From contig NW_021834042.1 of the NCBI RefSeq assembly GCF_006345805.1, forward strand, positions 1-27,312: DNA of 27,312 bases. The letters run 5' to 3'. This document shows positions 10,915 to 20,455 of the stretch, piece by piece. The translations under genes were made by a program, and so were the position numbers. How positions within the stretch are numbered: position 1 is the stretch's first letter; each line of letters opens with the position of its first letter. Origin of the DNA: Octopus sinensis (Eukaryota). The notes beneath the pieces are model-generated. The model was given only the letters and a program-made list of their open reading frames with translations, ran no database searches and was not told the origin of the DNA.

Positions 10915-10915
<1 letters not shown>
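10736..10915 (+). mobile_element. SINE family A, internally deleted (B box missing)
   Basis: The head GCAGTGAGCTGATAGAATCGTTAG, the core CTTTCCTCCTTTTGGGGTCAATAAAGTAAG and the 3' GGCCTTGTGC are present. The GAGTTCAAATTC segment is absent. Confidence 0.82.
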
Positions 10916-10950
<35 letters not shown>

Positions 10951-11795
10951 TATTATTGTTATCATTGCCTTTGCACAGCTTCTAATTTTGGAGATGTACT
11001 GCAGTGTCAGCTGTTCACTACCAGTGAACTAAGATAACACCTCTTTTTTTTTCGAGCATCATCCGGAGTATTCAAGTGGTTCCAAGCAGTGCTGTTTTCT
11101 GCAAGTGCTCCACTCTTATTGCAGCCCCTATTTGTTCCATGTACTTCTCAAGATTTTTACTCACTCTTCCCAGGGCTCCAACAATTATTGGTAATATTGC
11201 TACCTTTTTCATTAACTACAAGTGCTTAACTTCCCAAGCTAACCTGTCATATCTATCGACTCTTCTTTATTCCTTATTGCATACCTTGTTGTCAGGTGGG
11301 CATGCTATGTCTATGAACCAGCATAGTTTGTTTTTTCAATTAAGACTATGCCTGTCTTCCTATTCTCTATCTTATGTTCGCACTGAATCATAAAATCCCA
11401 TAGAATCTTTGCTTTTCCATTTTCGACGATGCCTTCAGGTTTGTGGTCATACCAATTTTTGCTCTGTCAAGTCCATACTTGTTGCAAAGTGTCCAATGGA
11501 CAAGCCTGGCTATATTGTCATAGAATCTCTTATATTCTAGTAGTGTACCTTGCCTGGTAATATGAAATACGGTTTCACCGTTTTGTCCACAGATTCTGCA
11601 CTTATCACTTTCTGATGTGTTGTCTATTCTGTATTTTATGTAGTTTGTTCTTAGTGCTTGCTCTTGGGCAGCACAGATTAGAGCCTCTGTTTCCAGTTTT
11701 ATATTACTTTTAGTCATCCACAGCCATCTTTTTTCTCTGTCTGTCTTATCTTCAACATTCCTATGAAACTAACCATGCATTTTTTCTTTACCCAC
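10916..11795 (-). mobile_element. 5'-truncated R4/Dong-type non-LTR retrotransposon 3' end (zinc knuckle, restriction-like endonuclease, 3'UTR and (AAT/GAT)n tail)
   Basis: The minus strand reads KMHG*FHR...RWLWMTKSNIKLETEALICAAQEQALRTNYIKYRID...KCRICGQNGETVFH (CCHC remnant), then DFMIQCEHKIENRKTGIV, WFIDIACP, IIVGALG and LQKTALLGT. About 80 nt of 3'UTR follows, ending in the trinucleotide tract 10916-10965. Confidence 0.92.
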
Positions 11796-11842
11796 CTATA
11801 ATAATAAAAACTTTTTTTTAAAGAAGGATGGGTAAAGAAAAA

Positions 11843-11843
<1 letters not shown>

Positions 11844-11925
<82 letters not shown>

Positions 11926-11935
11926 CATCATTACT
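11844..11935. repeat. (ATT)n between the Dong RT and RLE fragments
   Basis: Directly visible. Confidence 0.98.
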
Positions 11936-12195
11936 TTCTGATTGATTTGCAGAAGAGGAGAGGGGAGAGTAAATTTCCCTGGAATATTCCACTGTTTATT
12001 TTGATGTTTTCAGATGAGCCTTTCTTATGGTTGAGAAACAATTTTGTGTTCTGTATCCCACAGTCCCAAACTATGCTGTAAAAACACCTTTTACAAAGGG
12101 AGCGACCTTCTATATATTCGGTGCCTTTAAGATCCAGCTACGTAGGATGCTGTCAAATGCCTTACGAATCCATATTGTGTCCAGATTTGGATAAC
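11936..12195 (-). mobile_element. Reverse-transcriptase core fragment of an R4/Dong-type LINE
   Basis: The minus strand reads NLDTIWIRKAFDSILRSWILKAPNI*KV (the AWIDYxKAFDSxPHSWI motif) and IKINSGIFQGNLLSPLLFC (the GxxQGDSLSPLLF motif). It ends abruptly at the (AAT)n tract 11844-11935. Confidence 0.85.
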
Positions 12196-12410
12196 TCTAC
12201 AGGTAAGGTCTGTCTATGATGTATACAGAGTCTGAAGTCCTATTGTAAGAACTTGTGCGGTGTCCAAGCATGGCAAACTAGTCAAACAGTTGTTGTCACA
12301 TGTATTAGGGGAGAAGGGATCTGGTTATCAGATGAAATTTGCTCCCACCCCATCTTTTGTTGCTCAACCCACCTATAATAATAAAAACTTTTTTTGTCCT
12401 TTCTAGACTA

Positions 12411-12460
12411 ATAGCAGCAGCAGCAGCAGCAGTAGCAGTAGTGGTAGTAGTAGTAGTAGC

Positions 12461-12499
<39 letters not shown>

Positions 12500-12520
12500 T
12501 GTAGTAGTAGTAGTAGTAGT

Positions 12521-12566
<46 letters not shown>

Positions 12567-12580
12567 CGTTGTTGTTGTTA
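12411..12580. repeat. (AGC)/(AGT)/(GTT)n compound microsatellite
   Basis: Directly visible. Confidence 0.97.
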
Positions 12581-12722
12581 TTTAGCACCAGGTTAGACTT
12601 CATCCGGTTGACCTATGAACTATAGGCAATCCATGTTAATCTTCCCATCTTTTGTTGTCTGATATGTCCTTCCTTTTCAAAAATTTGAAGGAAATTTAGC
12701 TCCTAATTCTAGCAGATCCAGC
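12566..12722 (-). mobile_element. Interspersed repeat family D (my label; SINE-like, (AAC)n tail)
   Basis: It has (GTT)n on the left and TTAGCTCCTAATTCTAGCAG on the right. These motifs recur at 16607-16897, 19073-19160, 20495-20690 and 25655-25835. Confidence 0.6.
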
Positions 12723-12899
12723 AGACAGTATTGGTGGCAGAATAAACATAGAAAACACGGGAGGACACAGTGTTGTGGTGTTTGGTGAGCTGTAGCCATA
12801 GTGTGTCGGTTACTGAAGTCTTTAGACTTTAAACCAATGTATTTCTTAGCTTTGATTCAGTACGCATGTTTTTGAGAAGGTGTATACAATTGGATAGCG

Positions 12900-12958
12900 T
12901 TATCTTTAACGTGTTTCAGTCATTACACTGTGGCCATGCTGGAGCAGCACCTTGTGAT
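12900..12958 (-). mobile_element. 3' fragment of the long family-B element
   Basis: The reverse complement GGTGCTGCTCCAGCATGGCCACAGTGTAATGACTGAAACAC matches 19937-19976 (GGTGATCGAGCATGGCCGCAGTCAGATGACTGAAACA). Confidence 0.65.
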
Positions 12959-13060
12959 AGTATATTTCCAAGATCCAATGGAATTTGGAAGGAAGCATTT
13001 AAGATCCATACCCTCTCACCCCTCTCTCTCCAATTCACTCCATCAATGTAACAAGCTTAC

Positions 13061-13169
13061 TAAATATTCCTGCTCCGTCGTTCATGGCAATGGCCTCTCC
13101 AGCAACATCTGTATTCAGTACGATGTGACACTTCGATGTTAATGCCTCACCACTGACTGCAAAGCAAGT
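13061..13169 (-). CDS. Candidate internal coding exon of an unidentified host gene (109 nt from the first acceptor, or 96 nt, 13061-13156, from the second)
   Basis: The minus strand reads cgtttccctttctctctgcAG|ACTTGCTTTGCAG|TCAGTGGTGAG...GGAATATTTA|GTaagc: a strong polypyrimidine acceptor and a GTAAG donor. Only one frame is open (TCFAVSGEALTSKCHIVLNTDVAGEAIAMNDGAGIF); the other two hit TAA/TGA within 10 codons. The sequence is unique and non-repeat. The product is not recognised. Confidence 0.5.
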
Positions 13170-13531
13170 CTGCAGAGAGAAAGGGAAACGAACAATTGGA
13201 TTTCCACTGCAGAGTTGTGCATACCAATAAAACAGATGCAGCAGAATGTTCCAACTTCCTTCCTCTCTCTCTCTCTCTCTCTCTTAACCTCCATCCCACC
13301 CTCCCTTCCTTCCCTCCTCTCCTTCGTCCCTCCCTTTTCCCCTTCCTTCCTTCCTTCCTTCCTTTACGAATAACCATGTTGGTGTTTGTAGTTACTGAGT
13401 TCTGACTAACCTCCGTCCCCTCCCGGCCCACCTCCATCACCAGTTGTGTTCTTACGTGGCCGAGTGTGAGCAGAAATCATAATTGTGGTGTTCCATCTTA
13501 ATTCTTTGTTGAGAGGAATGGAGCCTCTCAC

Positions 13532-13552
13532 CTTGACTGTCTTCTACACTTT
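13532..13552 (-). CDS. Candidate 21-nt microexon (phase 1-1)
   Basis: The minus strand reads ttgttttgtgttgttgtttccAG|AAAGTGTAGAAGACAGTCAAG|GTgaga. The length is a multiple of 3. In phase 1 it encodes xSVEDSQ and joins in frame to the 96-nt form of the 13061 exon. Confidence 0.35.
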
Positions 13553-13554
13553 CT

Positions 13555-13584
13555 GGAAACAACAACACAAAACAACAACAACAA

Positions 13585-13653
<69 letters not shown>

Positions 13654-13703
13654 TAATAATAATAATAATAATAATAATATAATAATAATGTTAATAATAA
13701 TGA
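13555..13703. repeat. (AAC)n/(AAT)n tract, the SINE tail adjoining the microexon acceptor
   Basis: Directly visible. Confidence 0.97.
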
Positions 13704-13870
13704 TAATCCTTTCTACCACAGGCACAAGGCCTGGAATTTGTTGGGAAGGGGATAAGTCGATCACATCAACCCCAGTACTTGACTGGTACTTAATCTATCG
13801 ACTCTGAAAGGATAAATGGCAAAGCTGACCTTAGCGGAATTTGAACTCAGAATGCAATGATGGGCGAAGC
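13704..13870 (-). mobile_element. SINE family A, 5'-truncated
   Basis: The reverse complement starts near TTCTGAGTTCAAATTCC. I count 79 of 99 ungapped matches to the 10471 copy. The (ATT)n tail lies at 13577-13703. Confidence 0.88.
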
Positions 13871-13891
13871 ACAACAACAAAAACAACAATG

Positions 13892-13933
<42 letters not shown>

Positions 13934-14130
13934 TTAGTCCTTTCTGCAATAGGCACAAGGCCTGAAATTTGGTGGGAGGGGGCAAATTGATGACACCAAC
14001 TCACAGCCCTCAACTGGTACTTCTTTTATTGACCCTGAAAGGCAAAGTTGGCCTTGGGAGAATTTAAAATCAGAACATAAAGATGGATGGAATGTTGCTA
14101 AGCGTTTTGCTGACAAATGATCAAACTTCT
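13934..14130 (-). mobile_element. SINE family A, diverged
   Basis: The reverse complement contains GCAAAACGCTTAGC, TTCTGATTTTAAATTCTCCC, CTTTGCCTTTCAGGGTCAATAAAAGAAGTACCAG and TTTCAGGCCTTGTGCCTATTGCAGAAAGG, with an (ATT)n tail. Confidence 0.82.
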
Positions 14131-14158
14131 CCCACCTTTTATTTCATAAACAAGGTAC

Positions 14159-14610
14159 ATCATCATCATCGTTTAACGTCCGCTTTCCATGCTAGCATGG
14201 GTTGGACGATTTGATGGAGGTCTGGTGAACCAGATGGCTGCACCAGGTTTCAATCTTGATCTGGCAGAGTTTCTACAGCTGGATGCCCTTCCTAACGCCA
14301 ATCACTCCGAGAGTGTAGTGAATGCTTTTACGTGCCACCGGCACAAGGGCCAGTCAGGCAGTACTGGCAATGGCCACGCTCAAATGGTGCTTTTTATGTG
14401 CCACCTGCACAGGAGCCAGTCCAGCGGCAACGACCATGCTTGAATTTTTTTTCGCGTGCCACCAGCACAAGTGCCAGTAAGGCGATGCAGGTAACAACCA
14501 CACTCGAATGGTGCTTTTTACATGCCACCGGCACGGAGGCCAGCTTGTTGCTCTGGCAACGATCACGCTCGTATGGTACTCTTAGCGCTCCACTTGCATG
14601 GATGCCAGTC
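14159..14610 (-). mobile_element. Retroposon family C with about 4.5 internal tandem subunits of about 60-65 bp
   Basis: The 3' end is shared with the 4275 copy. Subunits beginning TTTTAYGTGCCACCRGCAC start near 14326, 14391, 14451 and 14515, with a partial fifth. Confidence 0.88.
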
Positions 14611-14969
14611 ATACACACACACACTCAGACATGCACACACAAGGAGACAGAGGTACACACACACACACATGTATAAACACACAACCACATGAATATGCAA
14701 AATACATACATACAAATGTACACACATATATATATATACATATGCACACACATATATACATGCATACACACACATGCATACATACATGCATGTATAGGCA
14801 CACGCACACACACACTGACCCACACATATGATGCTCAAACAAACAAAAAGGAACGCAATGTGAATAATGGACAGAGTCAAAACTATTGAAGAGGTTGCAA
14901 GATGCAACGAAAATTTTAGGAAAATAAAAAAGAAATGAGTGGAAATTTTACCAGTGAGTGTGTTAAATT

Positions 14970-15718
14970 ATAAGGCACCAAAAGCGAATGATTCTCCCAC
15001 CTTTTCTTCTGGAAACCAATCAGTGTTCCTCTTGAGATGGAAAACTCCATGCAATGTCAATAGTTTCCTTGTCTTCGTATCCATACTCATCAGTTTTTTC
15101 TTTTGATGGTTTATAACTCTTGCTGCCATCACCCATCTATTTCCTTCTTGCATTTTATGCCATCCACTCAATAATTGCGAGTGAAACCAATCACAGTTAC
15201 TCTTTCTTTAGCTCTTCTTTCATTTCTTTCCCCATGATTTCATTGAACTTTAGTATACCAAGGTACTCATAGCCCTCTTTTCGATTTGTTTCATTATTTC
15301 TCTATTGGCAATTCTCTCCCTGCCAAGGACTGTTCCTTGTTTACTGCTTCAAGAACCCTTTGAAGGATTCTTGCAGTTCCAAGCAATGATAATTTTTGTA
15401 GGTGTTCTATTTTTACACCTATTCCAATCTTTTTGAGCCACATTGGTAGCTGGGTACTGATACTTCTAGGGGTACCACTCACTACTGGTACCACATCTAC
15501 TCTTCTCATTGACCACTGCCTCCATATTTCCCACTTCAGTTCTTCATAGGGGTCCACTTTTTCTCTTTCTTTCTCTTCAATCCTGTTGTCGCCAGGACAC
15601 GCTAAGTCAATTATCAGGCAGGTTTTTTTTCTCTATTCTCTATTGTTGTAGTACAACAATGTCAGATTTTCAATGTTTAATCTGATGGTCACACTGAAGC
15701 ATTGCATCTCACAGGATT
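14970..15718 (-). mobile_element. Rearranged R4/Dong-type LINE fragments: RLE segment (about 15345-15718) upstream of an RT C-terminal segment (about 14970-15320)
   Basis: The first segment reads LQCDHQIKH*KSDIVV...CLIIDLACPGDNRIEEKEREKVDPYEELKWEI...VVPVVSG...LQKLSLLGTARILQRVLEA. The second reads ELP.REIMKQIE.EGYEYLGILKFNEIM (YKYLG-like) and VINHQKKKLMSMDTKTRKLLTLHGVFH...PRRKGGR. Confidence 0.88.
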
Positions 15719-15721
15719 TTG

Positions 15722-16160
15722 TAATTATCATCATCATCATCATCATCATTACTATTGAGTGAGAGAGCAATGCATGCATTCAAAGTGATGTTGGGATACA
15801 AATATATGCAGCCCTATATGCCATCATGACAACCCATCTGATAATGGTAAAAGGCAGCGAGCTGGCAGAAACGTTAGCACGTTGGGCAAAATGTGTAGCC
15901 ATATTTCGTCTGCTGTTACGTTCTGAGTTCAAATTCCGCCGAGGTTGACTTTGCCTTTCATTCTTTTGGGGTTGATTAAATAAGTACCAGTTATGCACTG
16001 GAGTCGATATAATCGACTTAATCTGTTTGTCTCTCCTTGTTTGTCCTCTCTGTGTTTAGCCCCTTGTGGGTAGTAAAGAAATAGATATATACCAGGCCCA
16101 TGAATCACAACTATATGTGTATGACATTGTGAACTCATATCAAGATAAACAGCCCATATT
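15722..16160 (-). mobile_element. Older interspersed repeat with an (AAT/GAT)n tail, interrupted by the SINE at 15851
   Basis: The segments on each side of the SINE join into a sequence I recall as an abundant octopus repeat (from memory, not searched). It ends in the (ATC)n tract 15726-15750. Confidence 0.5.
15851..16085 (+). mobile_element. SINE family A with an alternative 3' end, inserted into an older repeat
   Basis: An A-box-like TGGCAGAAACG lies at 15863 and the B box GAGTTCAAATTCC at 15925-15937, followed by the shared core. The 3' end differs from the other copies: TTGTTTGTCCTCTCTGTGTTTAGCCCCTTGTGGGTAGTAAAGAAATA. Confidence 0.9.
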
Positions 16161-16429
16161 ATCATTATTATTATTATTGATAATTAGAAAAATAACAATA
16201 ATAATGATTATAATGATTTCTCACATCCACACATATGTAACTCTCCAATACTCTACCAGTATTGTGTGTGTATTACAATGTAATTAATACAATGCACAAA
16301 TGAGTAAGTCTTTTCATATATTATTACACCATATGTAGCTTGAAAAACCAACAACACAACACCTGACTGCATGGTAATACAGGAGAGAGAGAAATATCAC
16401 CACAAATAAGAGATAATTAGTACGAAAAG

Positions 16430-17119
16430 TGGAGAAAGAGAGAGACAGAGAGAGAGAGGTGGGAGGAGGAGAATGAGGAAGAGGAGGAGACTGGACTGTC
16501 AATAAAGCATTGATTTTTTTCAGACAATGGAAGATATTGGAAGTGGTGGTGGTGGTGGTGGTAGTGGTGGTGTTGGTGGTGGGGTGAATAAGGATCATTA
16601 TTACTATTGTTGCTGTTGTTTAGCCCTGGTCAACACTGATTGAGCCGAGACCAATAATCAAAGAGAATCCAGTTTTTTCCTTATGTACAGGAAACCCTGT
16701 ACATATATAAGCATGATGCTGCTGCTGCTGTTACTGTTGCTACTGCTGCTGTTGATGATGATGCTGATGATGCTGATGGTGATGATGACGATGATGATGA
16801 TGACAATATAAGCAATATTTAGTGGCAACAGAAACAGCAACTGTAGAATGTCATTTAATAGAATTTAACTGTTATTTCTAGCAGGCTCAACGACCACACG
16901 ATGGCTCCGGCATTGGATAGTGGTGGTGGTGGTGGTGGCGATGGTGGTGATGGTGGTGATGGTGGCAGGTGGGGGTGATGGTGGTAGTGTTATGAGTGGT
17001 GCAGTGAGGGGAGGGGGAGATGATGGTGGTGAGACAAAAGGTGTGAAGAATGGTTTGAATTACATTTCTGACGCTTTGTTTTCTGTTAAACAATACATGA
17101 GGAGAGAGAGAGAGAGAGA

Positions 17120-17159
<40 letters not shown>

Positions 17160-17327
17160 CAATGTGATGTATGTATACATACATACACTACACACATACA
17201 TACATAATATATATATATACATAGAGAGAGAGAGATACATATGTGTGTATGCATGTATGTATGAATGCTTTCACATATACATCACACAATAATAATGATG
17301 ATAATAATAATAATAATAATAATAATA

Positions 17328-17366
<39 letters not shown>

Positions 17367-17965
17367 TGATGATAATGATAATAATAATAATAATAGATAA
17401 TGGTGATATCAACAGCAGCAAAAATGATATTTATAAAATAAAATGTTGTATATGTCTGTGTGTATAAATATATACTTGTATGTGTTTGTGTATGTGTGTA
17501 TGAGTGTCTGTGTGTACACATGTATAATGATGATGATGATGATGATGATGATGACGAGGAGATGATAACGATAAAGATAGCGATGATGATGGTGATGATG
17601 ATGATGATGACAACAGTAATGTTATTGAGAATAGTACCAACAAAACAGGTGACAATAACTTAAACTGCATTAACTAACACAAGAACAACACACGCTGCCA
17701 CTACCACCACCACCACCACCACCGCCGCCACCGCCGCTGCCACCACCACCACCAACAACAGCAACTACAATACTAATTTCACTCTTAAACAAAACCAAAC
17801 AAAATTTAGAAGCAAATCTGAAGAAAAAGCTGTTGAGAGATGACAATAAAAGGATTTAAAAAGCAAAATAACAAAGTGTAATTTTTAAAAAATATGAAAT
17901 TATTATTATTAATATTATTATTGTTATTGTTATTGTTATTGTTATTATTATTATTATTATTATTA

Positions 17966-18011
<46 letters not shown>

Positions 18012-19070
18012 TGTAATGATAATAAGAATAATAGCGGAAAGAAAGCAAAGAGAAATATTTTGAAAGTAAAGGTTGATAAGTCTAGTACACAGAATGGAAT
18101 TATGAGGAGTTAATTAAGAGAAATTGAAGAAATCTTGTAGAATATTGTATTTGAATAGAGCTGGAGTCTCCACTGAAATCTCCTTGTAACATGCTATTTG
18201 GAGACAATGAACGGTTGGCAACAATAGAAGCATTGAGGTTTTATGGCAAACATATGTAAAACAGACTTGGAACACACTGAAAGATGGGGGGACGGGTGTG
18301 GGTGTGTGGGTGTCTATAAATGTGGTGTGTGTGTGTGTGTGTGTGGTACACCTCAACCATGTTACATACCACATATATGTATGTGTATCTGTCTCTTTCT
18401 CTCACTCTCTCACTCTCTCTCTTTCTCTCTCTCTCTCTCTCACTCTCTCTCTTTCTCTCTCTTTCTCTCTCACTCTCTCTCTTTCTCTCTTCTCTCTCTC
18501 TCTCTCTCTCTCACTCTCTCTCTCTTCTCTCTCTTTCTCTCTCACTCTCCTCTCTTTCTCTCTCTCTCTCTCTCTCTATCAATTCCTGCCTCTCTGTTTG
18601 TCTGTCTCCTCTTCTCAATCTACCTATCATTTTTTCTAAACTCATCATATACACACATATATTCATGTACATATATATATATATACAAATGTATATACAT
18701 GTATATATGTAAATATATGTACATATGTGTGTGTGTGTGTGTGTGTCTGTGTGTGGTGTGTGTGTGTGTACATATGTATATACTACACATATATGTTCAT
18801 AAATAAATATACACACATATATAAATATATGTGTGTATATGTGTATTTACATTCTTCTCTGTCGGTGCAGTTTTATTATGATAAACTCTAACAAAGATAC
18901 AAGTGAGATTCCATTGTAATATCATTAATTAAAAGAGCGGTATGTGTGTGTGTATGTGTGTGTGTGTGTGTGTATTTGCTGCTGTATATGCATTATGGGA
19001 TGTGTATGTATGTATGTATGTATGTATGTATGTATGTAGGATGTATGTATGTATGTATGTATACATGTAT
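16430..19070. repeat. Dense microsatellite field: (GA), (GGT), (GAT), (AAT), (CCA), (TTA), (CT), (TG/TA), (TATG)
   Basis: Directly visible; unique sequence is limited to short islands. Confidence 0.93.
16607..16897 (-). mobile_element. Family D copy split by a (GCT/GAT)n microsatellite
   Basis: GTTGTTTAGCCCTGGTCAACACTGATTGAG lies at about 16615 and TTAACTGTTATTTCTAGCAGG at about 16865. Confidence 0.55.
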
Positions 19071-19072
19071 GG

Positions 19073-19160
19073 TTTAATTTCAGGTCAGACTTGATTAAAC
19101 AGATTTATGATCCAGGGTACTCCAGCCATGACCATCCTGTTTTTGTTTTTTCATGGATAT
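19073..19160 (-). mobile_element. Family D fragment
   Basis: TCAGGTCAGACTTGATTAAACAGA...CTCCAGCCATGACCATCC is shared with the 20495 and 25655 copies. Confidence 0.6.
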
Positions 19161-19404
19161 GGAGAATTGTGCATTCTTAGTTTGATTTATTGGAGATTTA
19201 GCTTCTATTTCTTGATGAATTGATTGTGTTCAGTATTTTGTAACAACTCATTTTGATTAAAGCACTGAAAAGACAAACAGAATTTGTACTCAGAGTATCT
19301 CTGGTTTGTATTTCCAAAATGCTTATGTAGCACCAGCATCCAAGGGATTGGCAAGCAGCTTGCAAGAGATGTTCTGTCTTGTAAGCTTCTGGGTCACTCT
19401 GTGA

Positions 19405-20102
19405 GTGCTGGTGCCACATAAAATGCACCCATGCTAGCATCATGTAAAAAGCAGCCTTGCTGGTGACACACGAAAAGCACTCAGGCGGCACCCTGTGAAA
19501 AGCACTTGTACTGGCACCAAGTGAAAAGTACCCTGTACCCTGTGTAAAGTGGTTGGTGTTAGGAAGGGGATCCAACCACAGAAACCATGCTGAAGTTAAG
19601 AGGTGCAGGAGTGGCTGTGCGATAAGTAGCTTGTTTACCAACCACATAATTGTGTGACACCTTGGGCATGTATCTTCTACTATAGCCTCGGACTGATCAA
19701 AGCCTTGTGAGTGGATTTGGTTGACGGAAACTGAAAGAAGCCCGTCGTATATATATAAATATATATATGTGTGTATGTGTGTGTATATGTTTGTATTTGT
19801 CCTCCACCACCATTGCTTGACAACCAATGTTAGTGTGTTTACGTCTCCGTCACTTAGCGGTTCGGCAAAAGAAGTCGATAGAGTAAGTACTAGGCCTACA
19901 AAGAATAAGTCCTGGAGGTGATTTGCTGGACTAAAAGTGGTGATCGAGCATGGCCGCAGTCAGATGACTGAAACAAGTGAAAGAGTAAAAGAATAAAAAA
20001 AGTAGAGCATGGTGGAGTCTTCCAACTTGCCAGTCCCTGTCAAACCGTCCAACCCATGCCAGCATGGAAAATGGAGGTTAAATGATGATGATAATGATGA
20101 TG
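19405..20102 (+). mobile_element. Retroposon family C interrupted by a family-B insertion
   Basis: GTTGGTGTTAGGAAGGGGATCCAACCACAGAAACCATGC lies before the insert, and TGTCAAACCGTCCAACCCATGCCAGCATGGAAAATGGAGGTTAAATGATGATG lies after it. Confidence 0.82.
19605..19995 (+). mobile_element. SINE family B, long form with an internal (TA/TG)n tract, nested in a family-C element
   Basis: It reads GCAGGAGTGGCTGTG...CTTGGGCATGTATCTTCTACTATAGCCTCGG...GCCTTGTGAGTGGATTTGG...GAAACTGAAAGAAGCCCGTCG, then a microsatellite, then a 3' part ending AGCATGGCCGCAGTCAGATGACTGAAACAAG. Confidence 0.85.
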
Positions 20103-20396
20103 CTGCTGTTTATAAGCTCTTGAAAAATGGTTTGATACGTGTTCAAGAAATGTTGCAAATTAAAGTGTAATTTATTCCTCATCAGATAAATGCATTAGAA
20201 AATAGTTTGATTGCAATATTTAATTAGAAAAAAAAATGATTTAATTTGCTTTGAGATTATTTTAATTTCTAGTTAAAAAGGTGTAGCTTTGTTAGTTGGT
20301 GAAGCGAGTGATTAATTAGTAAAGCAGTAATTAACTCTAACCAGTGTATGGTTTGACTTGTTAAGTGTCCAATGTATTACCAACAGGCGGTTTAAC

Positions 20397-20455
20397 TGTT
20401 TGGGTGGAGGTATGCGTGTGTGTTTGGGTGGAGGTATGCGTGTGTGTTTGGGTGG
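20397..20455. repeat. Perfect 24-bp tandem duplication (about 2.5 copies)
   Basis: TGTTTGGGTGGAGGTATGCGTGTG occurs at 20397-20420 and 20421-20444, followed by the partial copy TGTTTGGGTGG. Confidence 0.95.

Noticed and set aside
10966-10995. Apparent similarity between the Dong 3' end (CCAAAATTAGAAGCTGTGCAAA) and the SINE-A 3' end (CCAAAATTGCTAGCCTTGTGCCAAA)
   Set aside because: The match is short, gapped and A/T-rich, and the tails have opposite polarity. This is insufficient to call a LINE-SINE partnership.
12014-12202. Plus-strand pseudo-exon with excellent signals (ttttcAG ... CAG|GTAAGG)
   Set aside because: It has stops in all three frames from either acceptor, and the sequence is the antisense of the Dong RT fragment.
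12280-12340. Plus-strand peptide LSHVLGEKGSGYQM, resembling the RT segment that follows LSPLLFC (a possible inverted LINE piece)
   Set aside because: It is too short and diverged to support without a consensus alignment. It is worth rechecking alongside the 11780-12395 junction.
12759-12772. The reverse complement CACTGTGTCCTCCC resembles the 3' part of lophotrochozoan miR-1994 as I recall it
   Set aside because: The seed region is not matched and no precursor hairpin is visible.
14326-14610. CRISPR-like or repeat-spacer array
   Set aside because: The units are degenerate along their whole length, have no unique spacers and no cas genes nearby, and lie inside a eukaryotic retroposon.
15851-15940. 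tRNA gene call for A/B-box-containing sequences
   Set aside because: There is no closed cloverleaf, and the boxes continue into the SINE core and tail. These are tRNA-derived SINE heads.
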